From positions 62,001 through 126,000 of IMG/VR virus record IMGVR_UViG_3300035181_001402: DNA of 64,000 nucleotides. One strand, given 5' to 3'. The translations under genes were made by a program, and so were the position numbers. The notes beneath the pieces are model-generated. The model was not told where the DNA came from, searched no databases, and was given only the letters and a program-made list of their open reading frames with translations. The DNA comes from an uncultured virus (IMG/VR IMGVR_UViG_3300035181_001402) (Duplodnaviria; Heunggongvirae; Uroviricota; Caudoviricetes). How positions within the stretch are numbered: the stretch's first letter is position 1; every line of letters begins with the position of its first letter. This document shows, piece by piece, positions 9,577-19,067 of this stretch.

Positions 9577-9894
9577 TCATCGAGGCTCCCCGACGCGCAC
9601 CCCATTCAGGCATTTGTGGTTTTTCCACGGTTCCCCGCAGACTTCGCAATGCCCTCGCCAACGTGCCAACCAAGCACGACGAAGAGGTTTGTTCTCTGGT
9701 GGGAGCCGAAGAACATCTGATTCCGCGAGGCACTCCAGGGCCAAAGCAGTCTCTTCCGGCGTTGCCGCTCGGCTGGGCTCGTTGCAACAGGAAGGAGCCG
9801 TCCCTGTTTCGTACCACCAAGCATGCTGGCAGTTCTCACAGATGAAGAGCTGCTTCTCGGATTCAACGCGGCTGAATCCGGGGTAGGTAATCAT
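9577..9894 (-). CDS. Cys-rich zinc-finger-like hypothetical protein
   Basis: CENC, CC, CEVC..HKC; ATGA overlap with upstream gene. Confidence 0.65.
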   Translation of the reverse strand: MITYPGFSRVESEKQLFICENCQHAWWYETGTAPSCCNEPSRAATPEETALALECLAESDVLRLPPENKPLRRAWLARWRGHCEVCGEPWKNHKCLNGVRVGEPR

Positions 9895-10325
9895 CCCCCA
9901 TTCTCCTCTGCGATGAGACGGTGAACCCGGCGGAGCAGGATCCGCTTCCACTCGACCTGGTCAGGGGTCAGGTGCGAAGGAAGCGGACAGTCGGGCGAGG
10001 GGATGTTGGGGATCCTACCCTCGTGCTCCTTCATCGCGTCCTGGAGCCGACGAGCCGTGGATTCCCAGTACGAGATCATGGTCTTGACCTTGTTCGCCGC
10101 CTTCTTCAGATCCTCCTTCCCTTCGGGAGTGGCCTTGGGGAACTGCGCCGAGAGCTTGTTCAGCTCCGCACGAGCATCGTCGAGCTTCTGAATGGGCTCC
10201 CGGAGCTGCAACCCCAGAACGGCGATCTGCTCCACAGCATTCGCTTCGTCCGCTCCGAGCCGGCGGAGCATGAGGCACTCCATGACGTCGAGCGCGTGAT
10301 CTACGATAACCCGGCGAGGAAGCAT
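9891..10325 (-). CDS. Seryl-tRNA synthetase N-terminal coiled-coil arm-like protein
   Basis: LDDARAELNKLSAQF...coiled coil...RIPNIPSPDCP resembles the SerRS tRNA-binding arm ending in IPNxP. Confidence 0.55.
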   Translation of the reverse strand: MLPRRVIVDHALDVMECLMLRRLGADEANAVEQIAVLGLQLREPIQKLDDARAELNKLSAQFPKATPEGKEDLKKAANKVKTMISYWESTARRLQDAMKEHEGRIPNIPSPDCPLPSHLTPDQVEWKRILLRRVHRLIAEENGG

Positions 10326-10326
10326 T

Positions 10327-10554
10327 TCAGGCCTTCTTGATGAAGATGGTGGGGGGTTCGAACTTGCAGACGACTGTGAAGTTCTTCTCACAGGTGTGGC
10401 ACTCTTTGCCGAGAGTGAAGACTCCGCCCTTTGGAGTCTTCACTCCTTCGACATCGAAGCCATCGAAGTACAGCTCGTTGATCTGTTCGCAGTGCGGGCA
10501 GACCGCTTTTGTCGGCATGCCCAGCATGGAAACGAGATTGAGGTTCAGGCCCAT
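10327..10554 (-). CDS. Small zinc-ribbon protein
   Basis: CPHC...CHTC; GGTGTA 10 nt upstream. Confidence 0.65.
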   Translation of the reverse strand: MGLNLNLVSMLGMPTKAVCPHCEQINELYFDGFDVEGVKTPKGGVFTLGKECHTCEKNFTVVCKFEPPTIFIKKA

Positions 10555-10653
10555 GTCTCCCTAGTACACCGTTTTTGGGGTCGGACCCCAAAAACGTCAC
10601 ACGGCCCTGGAAATCCTGGCGATTCGGGCCGCTGTCGGTGTAGGGATCTGCCC

Positions 10654-12969
10654 ATGGGCGACTTCAAAATCTTCTCTCTGCAAGACGAAATCAACCAGGA
10701 CCCGCATCGGATCCTCCAGAAGCATGGCCTCCCGCTTCCTCCGGCCGGAATCAAGGTCCTGAAATGCAATGTCGCGATTCCGATCACGAACGGGGTCGCC
10801 CCGCCGGAAGAGGGGGATGAACTCATGGCGTACTGGATCGAGCAAGAGGAGACCACAACAAGCGCTCTCTCCTTGAACGTCTACGCGTGGGGGGACTACG
10901 TGTTCGTCGGGGACCATCACTATACCGACATCAGCACCTACCAGATCGTCGGGGGGGTTGAAGAGGTCGAGCCGTTCGTCGAGATGCAGGTCATCGGAGT
11001 CCCGGAGCATCGGCAAGTCCAGGTCACCAAGCAGTACGAAAACCAGAATGCCCCTTACTTCAGTCGTTGGTCGTCAAGGACCGTCTCGCGACTGGACACC
11101 TACAACGATCGCTACGACTACGATCTGAAGCGCCATGTGCCTGGCGCCCCGTGGAACTTCTGCAAGATGAAGGTCACGGCGGGGTCGGTCTCACAGGAGG
11201 TCAACCTCAAGATCCACCGTCCCTTGGGCGGCACCCTCACGCTGAACCAGGGGTCTTTGGACTTCAAGGCTTCCCTGAACTTCTTCGGGCTGCCGTTGAC
11301 GTGGACCGAGTCGCTGGCGCTCGACACCAATCGCTATGGTGAGGGTCGCGATCAGCAGTGGTCGAAGATGACCGAGCTTCTCCGTGGATACAAGATCGCA
11401 GAGGGTGCTGATGCGCTCTGGACTCGATTCCTCGACGACAACGCGAAGAACGGGGAAGACGTCGCGAAGGTCAAGGGCATCGAGGGTCGGAAGGCTGTCA
11501 AGGAAGTCCTCGCTCGGCTGCGTGTCGAGGAGCCGCTTCTCGCTCGCTTCTACGACTGGCTCCACGAGAGCAAGACCTCTGGCGGGACCAGCAACAACAC
11601 GTTGCTGGCGGCCTTCCTGACGAAGCATGGGACGGATTACGATGCTGTCGTCGCGGGCCTTCGTACGGCCATGGCAGCGGCCCCGGGGAAGGTGACCATC
11701 ACCAAGAGCTGGCGGAGTCGTCGGGGTGGTGCCAACTCCTACTCGTACGAGCAGCCGATGGGGCGGCGGGAAATCTGCCTCTCGCTCCCGGGTGCTTCCG
11801 AGAAGAACGAGGAGCAGCGCTCGAAGAAGGAGTGGAACATGCGCAAGGGCGCACGGAACCAGGCCATCGGCTTGGGCGTGTCCCCCGAAGGCCACCCGAC
11901 CCTCCTTGCGGCCATCGAGGCTCAGGAGATCCCGCTCAGCCTCTTCCACAAGCACGGAGACGCTCTGGCCCTCGTGAACACGGAGTTCGATCTCTGGGAG
12001 ATGGCTCTCGTTCAGCCGGGCTGGAGGCCGATCCTCTCCGAGATCGCCCACGATGCGAGCCGGCGGAGCAAGTACGAGAAGGACATCACGCCCTACCTCG
12101 CCTTCCTGTTCCGGCTGCCCAACTACCTCGATCGGAACACGGAGCCGGGCGCGGGCTGGAAGATGATGCCCAAGTTCGTGAAGTCGGAGTACGAGCTGGA
12201 GATGAAGGACGAAGAGGCGTCAGAAGCGGGGACCACCAAGCGTCGTTCCGCGATGACTCCCGACGTCAACAACGCCAAGCGGACCGTCGTGGTTCCCTAC
12301 GTCGCCATGGCGATCTCGGGCATTCAGACGACCTACTGCTACTCGCTCGACTACCAGGTCTTCGAGACGATGGACATCGACCGTCAGTCGAGCACCCCGA
12401 TCGTCCGTGAGCTGGAGAAGAAGCTCAACGGGCGCGACGACTACGGGATGATGTACTTCACGCTGACGGGGACCGCGAGGAACACGGGCTACCCCGCCTT
12501 CCTGATCATCTTCGAACGGCGCAAGACCATCTCGAAGACGCACGTCCACTTCCACCGGGTCCACCCGTGCCGCTCGAAGGACGGCCGTGAGACGCCGGCA
12601 TCCAAGCTCATCGAGGAGGGATACCGCTACATGGCGGGCAACATCCGGGCGGAGGAAATCTTCGCACAGCAGGGCGACCTCATCTTCATCAAGACGGACC
12701 AGAAGATCGAGATCACCGACGCGGTGAAGCCGGTGAAGGAGTTCGAGTCTCACTGCTTCGTCCCCAAGCAGGACAAGCCCGTGCTCCTGGCTCCAAACAC
12801 CACGAAGATCAAGAACCGGCTGGGGCACCTCATCTGCGAGGGCATCTTCATGGTGAAGCACCCCGAGCACGAGAACATCAAGGCGATGCCGGCTGGCACG
12901 TACGAGGTTCGGCGTTGCAAGTCCTACGAGAACAACCCCACCGGGGTCTGGGTTCTCAACATCGACTGA
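10654..12969 (+). CDS. Large hypothetical protein with C-terminal QGD/HxEH phage domain
   Basis: Long ORF with strong codon bias; C-terminus QQGDLIF...ESH...HPEHENI..PAGTYEVRRCKSY. Confidence 0.75.
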   Translation: MGDFKIFSLQDEINQDPHRILQKHGLPLPPAGIKVLKCNVAIPITNGVAPPEEGDELMAYWIEQEETTTSALSLNVYAWGDYVFVGDHHYTDISTYQIVGGVEEVEPFVEMQVIGVPEHRQVQVTKQYENQNAPYFSRWSSRTVSRLDTYNDRYDYDLKRHVPGAPWNFCKMKVTAGSVSQEVNLKIHRPLGGTLTLNQGSLDFKASLNFFGLPLTWTESLALDTNRYGEGRDQQWSKMTELLRGYKIAEGADALWTRFLDDNAKNGEDVAKVKGIEGRKAVKEVLARLRVEEPLLARFYDWLHESKTSGGTSNNTLLAAFLTKHGTDYDAVVAGLRTAMAAAPGKVTITKSWRSRRGGANSYSYEQPMGRREICLSLPGASEKNEEQRSKKEWNMRKGARNQAIGLGVSPEGHPTLLAAIEAQEIPLSLFHKHGDALALVNTEFDLWEMALVQPGWRPILSEIAHDASRRSKYEKDITPYLAFLFRLPNYLDRNTEPGAGWKMMPKFVKSEYELEMKDEEASEAGTTKRRSAMTPDVNNAKRTVVVPYVAMAISGIQTTYCYSLDYQVFETMDIDRQSSTPIVRELEKKLNGRDDYGMMYFTLTGTARNTGYPAFLIIFERRKTISKTHVHFHRVHPCRSKDGRETPASKLIEEGYRYMAGNIRAEEIFAQQGDLIFIKTDQKIEITDAVKPVKEFESHCFVPKQDKPVLLAPNTTKIKNRLGHLICEGIFMVKHPEHENIKAMPAGTYEVRRCKSYENNPTGVWVLNID

Positions 12970-13221
12970 TCACTTCGCGATGGCCGTCGCGAGGTGCTTC
13001 AGGTAGGGGCGGACAGGGGCGTTCACGAAGTCGATCTGGACGAGCATCGTCTTGATCCCCACCAGCTCCTTCAAGGGCGCCGTCTTCATGACGTCCAGGA
13101 GGATCCCGATCGTCATGTAGTTGGTCCCGCTGGGCCCTTCCACTTCGAGGGGCTCGTCGAGGGAGATTTCCTTCTCGCTGAGGAAGGTCTTGAGCCACGT
13201 CATGAAAGTCTTGGGCGTCAT
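12970..13221 (-). CDS. Hypothetical protein
   Basis: LVQIDFVNAPVRPYLKHLA; class I promoter at 13230..13256. Confidence 0.75.
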   Translation of the reverse strand: MTPKTFMTWLKTFLSEKEISLDEPLEVEGPSGTNYMTIGILLDVMKTAPLKELVGIKTMLVQIDFVNAPVRPYLKHLATAIAK

Positions 13222-13302
13222 GGGGGTCCTACAAGTTGGGGGTCGGACGGATCAACCGTAAAATTGGCCCTGTTCTACCCCCAAAACGGTGTAAGAGGGG
13301 TC

Positions 13303-13551
13303 ATGCCCAAGAAAGCAGAGAAGCTCTTCGTCACGATCCTCGAAGTCCGCGGGTCGGGTGAGTTCCCCTGGGATATGCTCCGGTACGACATGTGCGGACC
13401 GAAGACGGAGGAGGACTCCTACAAGCTGAGGACGTCCGAAGAAGTACGGACGGTGACTCTCCGCCGGTTCAGTCCCAGCGGGAAGCCGGCGACCGAGGAC
13501 CGCTGGAGGTCCTTCGGCTGGCAGGTCCTCAGCGAAGTCTCTCCCGGTTGA
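13303..13551 (+). CDS. Phage hypothetical protein (GxFPxDMLRYD motif)
   Basis: VRGSGEFPWDMLRYDMCGP; GGTGTA 9 nt upstream. Confidence 0.7.
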   Translation: MPKKAEKLFVTILEVRGSGEFPWDMLRYDMCGPKTEEDSYKLRTSEEVRTVTLRRFSPSGKPATEDRWRSFGWQVLSEVSPG

Positions 13552-13581
13552 TCCCACGGCCCCGCCAGATGTAGGTTCCCC

Positions 13582-14021
13582 ATGCCCCAGTACCCTTCCG
13601 AAGTCCTCGCCGTTCTGTCCCCTCACGATTCCGACGTCGCAAACGGAATGATCCAAGCCGTCGGAAAACACAACTGCGCGAACACCCTCGCGCTCCATGC
13701 CGAACGCGTCGAGCACTTCGTCAACCGAGTCCGAGACCTCGGCAAGCTCCCGTCGGAGGTCGTCATCACGGTCATCAACGTGGACGATGTCCACGGGGCC
13801 CTCTCGCGGACGTGCTGATGCCAGGTTGCGACTGGCAGGCGATGCGTGACGGGGGTGAGGTCCCCTTCGCTCGCGGGCTCGCCGGTCGGGAGGGGATTCA
13901 GGATGTCATCGACATCCTCGACAAGGAAGAGGGCGAGATCCTTCGAGCGCACAAGGGGCTCGCCGTCGTGGTCGTGGACCACGGTGTCGTCAAAATCTTC
14001 TCGGCGGGGATTGCCAAGTGA
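13582..14021 (+). pseudogene. Hypothetical gene split by a 1-nt deletion at about 13795
   Basis: Adding one G to GGGG joins 13582..13818 and 13812..14021 (NVDDVHGGPLADVLMPGCDWQ). Confidence 0.65.
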
Positions 14022-14209
14022 GTCGGGAAGCCAAGAAGGCTCGGGAGCTGCTCTCGCTCCCGCTGCATGATGAAGACATCCGTCTTCGGACGGCGCACCT
14101 CGAAGAGTACGCCGTCTTCATTCAGAGCACGTCGGTCAACCGGAAGTTGATCGCGGGCACCCGGCTTCTGTACGAGATCCCGGACTGGGATGCCGCAGTG
14201 GCATCCTGA
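14018..14209 (+). CDS. Hypothetical protein
   Basis: GTGA overlap with upstream stop. Confidence 0.5.
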   Translation: MSREAKKARELLSLPLHDEDIRLRTAHLEEYAVFIQSTSVNRKLIAGTRLLYEIPDWDAAVAS

Positions 14210-14425
14210 CGAACACCATTAGCAAGATCGTATCCGCTTCTCAGACTCCGACAGGGGGGTTCAACCTCACCCTGTCGGACGGCTCAATCGTGGACGTGCT
14301 CACGATGCCCAAAGAGGCCCGGGAATTCGCCCGCCGCCTCCGAGAAGCGGCCGATCGGCCTCAACCAAGCTGCACAGACGAGTTCGACCACTTCCACGGT
14401 CACTGCGGCTGCAAGTAGGGAACGT

Positions 14426-14605
14426 ATGAACTATCACGAGCTTCGGAAGAATGACGATGAGTTTCGCCGGGCGAACGTCGAGATCGCCCGGAAGATCCAG
14501 GACAACGAGAACCGGCAGCTCTTCCGCCTCTTCCTGGCGTTGATGGCCCTGGCGGGGCTCTTCGGCCTGGGTATCGTTGGACTTCTCACCCTCTTCACCC
14601 GGTGA
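14426..14605 (+). CDS. Small membrane protein
   Basis: MNYHELRK...LFLALMALAGLFGLGIVGLLTLF (59 aa, manual translation). Confidence 0.55.
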   Translation: MNYHELRKNDDEFRRANVEIARKIQDNENRQLFRLFLALMALAGLFGLGIVGLLTLFTR

Positions 14606-14609
14606 TCCC

Positions 14610-15089
14610 ATGCCCACCCTGAGCATCCCTGCCATCTCGAATCCTGAGCTGGCAAAACGCGCGAAGACGATCCGTCCCGTCGGCAAGAGAGACGGCAAGC
14701 TCTACTACTACGACAGCAAGAGCGATCACCGCAACACATCGTTCTCGTGGACGACGCTGACTACCGAGGAAGCGATCGTCAAACCTCATGGTCTGACCCT
14801 TCGCACCCTGCACAGCTTCTCCTACGCCGGCTTCTTCAAGCCCAGCGTCGCGGAGGTCATCGCACAGATCCCCGAGGAAGTTCGCGATGAGGTCGTGGCT
14901 TTCCTCGTCGAGGGGCCCGATACGGTGGACGACATCAACCGCGAGAGAGAAGCCCGTGATGCCGGCTTCCATGTGGCGAAGACGACCCTCTACGTCGTGG
15001 GGAAGCCGAAGCCCCAGAAGCCCCTGCCTCCCCCGAAGCCCGAGTCGACGCCTTTCGGCAAGGCTCTCCTCGACGACGGAATCGGCTGA
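14610..15089 (+). CDS. Phage hypothetical protein with C-terminal tag cassette
   Basis: YAGFFKPSVAEVIAQIP; ends STPFGKALLDDGIG. Confidence 0.75.
   Translation: MPTLSIPAISNPELAKRAKTIRPVGKRDGKLYYYDSKSDHRNTSFSWTTLTTEEAIVKPHGLTLRTLHSFSYAGFFKPSVAEVIAQIPEEVRDEVVAFLVEGPDTVDDINREREARDAGFHVAKTTLYVVGKPKPQKPLPPPKPESTPFGKALLDDGIG
15040..15089 (+). repeat. 50-bp dispersed repeat copy 1 (tag cassette)
   Basis: 46/50 identical to 23321..23370. Confidence 0.9.
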
Positions 15090-15091
15090 TC

Positions 15092-15427
15092 ATGCCTCAA
15101 GGGCGCCCTGAATACACGCCTCTGAGCAACAGTGCTTGGAACTACCCCAACTGGGTTTCCGAGTACATGGCTCTGTGTGAGTACATCGGGCATGGGGACC
15201 TCGTTGCCCGTCATAAAGAGCTGCTCGGGAAACAGGCCTACACCTTTCAAGGCTTCAAGCGTTACTGGGTGTGGGAGAACCTGGAAGAACGCTGGCGAGT
15301 CTACGTCTCCAACACGAAAGGGATCGGAGTCGAGGTCATCTGTGCCAAGGACCACCGAACCCCTTCCGAGCAAGATGCTCTCGCTGCCTGGACGGCTTAT
15401 CGCAAAGCCGTCGGATGTCCGGTGTGA
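15092..15427 (+). CDS. Hypothetical protein, tandem paralog A
   Basis: WVWEN..WRVY..AAWTAYRKAVGCPV. Confidence 0.75.
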   Translation: MPQGRPEYTPLSNSAWNYPNWVSEYMALCEYIGHGDLVARHKELLGKQAYTFQGFKRYWVWENLEERWRVYVSNTKGIGVEVICAKDHRTPSEQDALAAWTAYRKAVGCPV

Positions 15428-15429
15428 AC

Positions 15430-15777
15430 ATGCCCAAAAAACGCGCCTGGTCCAACCCCATGATCAACATCGTGCATGTTGATCGGGATCGGTACATCAA
15501 TGAAGAGATGGAACTCCGGGCCTGGCTCGACACGCAGAAGGGCCCTGGGGTGTCTCTTCTCGACCTCTTCAAGCTGAAGCTCGGAAGACAGACCACCACC
15601 TTCGTCAAGGGGCCGGAATGCCGGCTCTGGATCTGGGAGAATACACCTGGTTATTGGCGTCTCTACACCAATAACCAGGTGGGAGTCGACTTCGAGGTCA
15701 TTGGTCCCGGGGCCAAAGAAGAGGATGCTTGGGCTGCCTGGAACGCTTTTCGTAAGGCTCTCGGCTATCCGGTGTAG
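15430..15777 (+). CDS. Hypothetical protein, tandem paralog B
   Basis: WIWEN..WRLY..AAWNAFRKALGYPV. Confidence 0.75.
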   Translation: MPKKRAWSNPMINIVHVDRDRYINEEMELRAWLDTQKGPGVSLLDLFKLKLGRQTTTFVKGPECRLWIWENTPGYWRLYTNNQVGVDFEVIGPGAKEEDAWAAWNAFRKALGYPV

Positions 15778-15842
15778 TATGTCCGCGTAGTACGGCAGGA
15801 CTCACTTGTCGTCAATGTCGGCAATATATCGGAGAAGATAGT

Positions 15843-16013
15843 ATGAAAACGTTCTTTGCGTCCATCCTCGTCGCGGGTTGCCTGTTCATCGGGTGTACTG
15901 ACGAGCAGGCTGCTTGCGTGGCGAAGTGTGAAGATGCACACAAGGGTGACAGCGATGCGCTGTACGCCTGCCAGGAGAAGTGCAAGCCGGACACCGAGCT
16001 TCCCGCCAAGTGA
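15843..16013 (+). CDS. Small Cys-rich lipoprotein
   Basis: MKTFFASILVAGCLFIGC lipobox-like; CVAKC, CQEKC. Confidence 0.6.
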   Translation: MKTFFASILVAGCLFIGCTDEQAACVAKCEDAHKGDSDALYACQEKCKPDTELPAK

Positions 16014-16042
16014 AGCTGCCTCAGTCGGTGTAGTCCGCCCCC

Positions 16043-16540
16043 ATGGGCGTTGACTATTCAGCAAATCTGATCTTGGGTGTGGCCGTTTCTCGCGAGGAGC
16101 TATTCCCGAGAGACCCCGAACCTTCCGTGCTCTGTAAAAAGGGGCACGTCAGGGAGAACTCCTTCGAGTTCTGCCCCCAAGACGGCACCCCGTTCAAGGA
16201 AAAGTACATCCGCCGGCCCACGGCCGCACTCCGCGCGTATGCAGAGACGCTGAGGATTCCTCCTGAAGACCTCTTCAGCATCGGGGACTGGGAAAAGAAC
16301 GTCGGAATCTACGACGGCCAACCCTTTCCCAGCAGCATGAGCGACAAGGAAATCACCCCGGTGCTCGGTATTGAACTCCTGACAACGGGGAGTCATCGTG
16401 GGGGATCTACCCAAGATGCCATTTCGAGGTCACTCCTGGGAACGACGGAAATGGCGATGCTCATTCGAAGCATTGCCACCAAGATCAGGATCCCCGAAGA
16501 TCGCCCCATCGAGCTGTACCTCACGTTGAGCGCGGGCTGA
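16043..16540 (+). CDS. Hypothetical protein
   Basis: MGVDYSANLILGV; GGTGTA 10 nt upstream. Confidence 0.7.
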   Translation: MGVDYSANLILGVAVSREELFPRDPEPSVLCKKGHVRENSFEFCPQDGTPFKEKYIRRPTAALRAYAETLRIPPEDLFSIGDWEKNVGIYDGQPFPSSMSDKEITPVLGIELLTTGSHRGGSTQDAISRSLLGTTEMAMLIRSIATKIRIPEDRPIELYLTLSAG

Positions 16541-16561
16541 CTTGGTGTACTAACCGAGGGC

Positions 16562-18244
16562 ATGAAACGACGTATTGCCCTCGGCCTTCTCGTCCTGATC
16601 GCTCTGACCCTCTACTACTACGCCCCGGCGTTCGTTCGCTGGCGGGTAAGCGAGAAGCTCGCAGAGCGCTACCCGGATGTGAAGGTGGACTTCATCGAAC
16701 CCCAATGGGGGAAGACGGTCCTCCACACAGTCACGTTCGACCGCGGGTGGGTATGCGGGAAGCTCGATACGGTCATGATCACCTGGAAGGATGCCATCAC
16801 AATACAGGGCGGAATCGTTCGCGTGTACCCCGAGAAGCGACCCTCCTCGACTGGGGAGGGCCCGAGCAAAGACATCACCATCACTGACCTCGAAGGTACG
16901 GTGATATCTCCCGAAGGTGTCTTTGCTTTCGGAGGTCTCTCCCTGCACGGCCCCATGGTGACCATCGACAATGTCGGGGCTCATAGGTATGGCCGGAATG
17001 CCTATCTCAACGGGGTCAAGTTCAACAAGAACCACCTGGACTTCGCCCACATCGATTCAGCGTCGATGGTCATCCCGGAAGACGGCCCCGACCAGCTCGG
17101 AACGTTGACCGCCACGGCTATCGAGGTCTCCCGCAACCCCGAAAAGGAATGGCGGGCGTCGATCGAACACGCTGAAGTAGCCGAGCTGAACGCGAGCGCT
17201 TCAGCGGTCCGGCTCGAAGAGTACATAGGCGAAGACAAGATCCACCGGGTGGCCCTCCTCCTGGGTTCAGCCACCATCGAGCACCCGAAGCTCTTCAGCA
17301 AGCCTCTGACTGTGCATCAGATGCGGATCCCGGTGGATGCCTACACGTTCGAGAGCGGGGAATTCACGGTCTGGCACGACTCGGGCTTCACCCCTGTGAT
17401 CACGGGCAACTTCAGGAAGAAGACGCTGACGGGCAAGGGCACCTGTTCGGAATGGCTCGAAGAGATGCCGGACCAGCTCAAGAACGAGTACGTCAAGCAA
17501 CTGGACATGACGGGAAACATGTCCTTCGATGTCTCGAAGGACCCTCCGCATGCCTTCTTTCTCTACACATGCAAGGCGACATGTGACGTCCCGCTGTTCA
17601 AGAACCTCAAGAAGACCTTCGCCTACGACATCTTGGAGGCGGACGGGACGCCGGGGATGCGAGCGATCGGACCTGGAGGAAAGGACTGGACGCCTCTGGC
17701 TCAAGTGAGCCCCGATGTGATCACGGCTTTGACCACCATGGAAGACCCGGGCTTCTTCCAGCATCGGGGCCTCAGCGGGATGGCCATCGAGAAATCTTTC
17801 CAGATGAACCTCAAGGCGAACAAGTTCGTGCGCGGGGGATCGACCCTCACGATGCAGCTCGCGAAGAACCTCTGGCTCACCCAAGAGAAGACCATTGGCC
17901 GCAAGGTTCAGGAGGCCTTCTTGACGATGGGGCTGGAGAGCTGCCTCTCGAAGGAAGAGATCCTCGCGCTCTACGTGAACGTGGTCGAGTTCGGCAAGGG
18001 GCTCTACGGGATCGGCCCGGCGTCCAGGAAGTACTTCAAGACCTCAGCCATGGGATTGGCCCCCGAAGAGGCCTTCTACCTCGTGTCGATCCTCCCCCGG
18101 CCTCGGACCGCCAACCCTCCGGATGCTGCGACGTTGGCCCGCGTGAAGAAGCTGATGGCCCGGTTCACCAAGGAAGGCCGGATCCCCGACATGGGGATCG
18201 ATGACGGCCCGCTCGACGCCGCGGGCTGGGATCCCTCCCCTTGA
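16562..18244 (+). CDS. Membrane-anchored peptidoglycan transglycosylase (GT51 domain, no transpeptidase)
   Basis: N-terminal TM; EDPGFFQHRG, RGGSTLTMQLAKNL, RKVQE, KEEILALYVN. Confidence 0.9.
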   Translation: MKRRIALGLLVLIALTLYYYAPAFVRWRVSEKLAERYPDVKVDFIEPQWGKTVLHTVTFDRGWVCGKLDTVMITWKDAITIQGGIVRVYPEKRPSSTGEGPSKDITITDLEGTVISPEGVFAFGGLSLHGPMVTIDNVGAHRYGRNAYLNGVKFNKNHLDFAHIDSASMVIPEDGPDQLGTLTATAIEVSRNPEKEWRASIEHAEVAELNASASAVRLEEYIGEDKIHRVALLLGSATIEHPKLFSKPLTVHQMRIPVDAYTFESGEFTVWHDSGFTPVITGNFRKKTLTGKGTCSEWLEEMPDQLKNEYVKQLDMTGNMSFDVSKDPPHAFFLYTCKATCDVPLFKNLKKTFAYDILEADGTPGMRAIGPGGKDWTPLAQVSPDVITALTTMEDPGFFQHRGLSGMAIEKSFQMNLKANKFVRGGSTLTMQLAKNLWLTQEKTIGRKVQEAFLTMGLESCLSKEEILALYVNVVEFGKGLYGIGPASRKYFKTSAMGLAPEEAFYLVSILPRPRTANPPDAATLARVKKLMARFTKEGRIPDMGIDDGPLDAAGWDPSP

Positions 18245-18281
18245 GGTTGATCCGACGCAGTGACTTCCTGTAGATTGCCCC

Positions 18282-19034
18282 ATGAAGACCATCGTTCGCG
18301 CTTTGCGCTGGCTCGTCGGAGAAGCCTGGGAGAAGATCAACGTCTTCGAGACGTGGAAGACGCTGCTCCAGATCGGGAAGAAGCACGGCCGCCGCTTCTT
18401 CGTCTTTGCGGTCATCTGGGAGCTGATCGAGGACGTACTGTTCCCCTTCATCTCCTGGAAATGTGGGATGCCCGCGCTCATCCCGTTCTTCCTCGTCATG
18501 CACTTCGAGCCGCTGGTCTACCCCGCCGCTTTCTGGGCCTTCCGGATGTACGACCGAGTCCAGGGGCGTGAACCGTGGGAGCCGGATCGCGGGGCGCAGT
18601 CTTCCAACTGGCGGAGCGCCGGGAAGGTCGCGGTTGTGGGGGTCGCGGGTACAGGCTGGTACGTGGCGATTCTCTTGAGCCTCGGGTACTCCCCGAAGAT
18701 CCTGATGGTGTTCGTCGGGCTGATGGCCGCCTTCGGGTTCATTCACGAGAGGATCTGGCACGACTCGAATTTCGGGATCGGAGACAACGGAGCTGGAGAC
18801 CCCGATCACGTATTCTTCCGCCGCGTCTGCGCAAAGACGGCAACCTACGCTCTCGTCTCGACCACGATCCTCACGTCCCTCTTCAAGGTGGCCTTCAGCG
18901 CCATCCCCTGGCACGTAATCCTGGCTTGCCAGGGAACTGGGCTGTGCATGTACTTCGTCTTCGAGGCGGTGTGGGCCCGTAGCAAGTGGGGCGTCGCGAC
19001 CGTCTCGCGGCTGTCCCCCATCCCCAAAGGTTGA
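18282..19034 (+). CDS. Multi-pass membrane protein (DUF2061-like repeats)
   Basis: Hydrophobic segments; FIHERIW and VFEAVW motifs; class I promoter. Confidence 0.65.
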   Translation: MKTIVRALRWLVGEAWEKINVFETWKTLLQIGKKHGRRFFVFAVIWELIEDVLFPFISWKCGMPALIPFFLVMHFEPLVYPAAFWAFRMYDRVQGREPWEPDRGAQSSNWRSAGKVAVVGVAGTGWYVAILLSLGYSPKILMVFVGLMAAFGFIHERIWHDSNFGIGDNGAGDPDHVFFRRVCAKTATYALVSTTILTSLFKVAFSAIPWHVILACQGTGLCMYFVFEAVWARSKWGVATVSRLSPIPKG

Positions 19035-19067
19035 TCCCCACGGGCTTCAGCCTGTATGAGCCTCATC

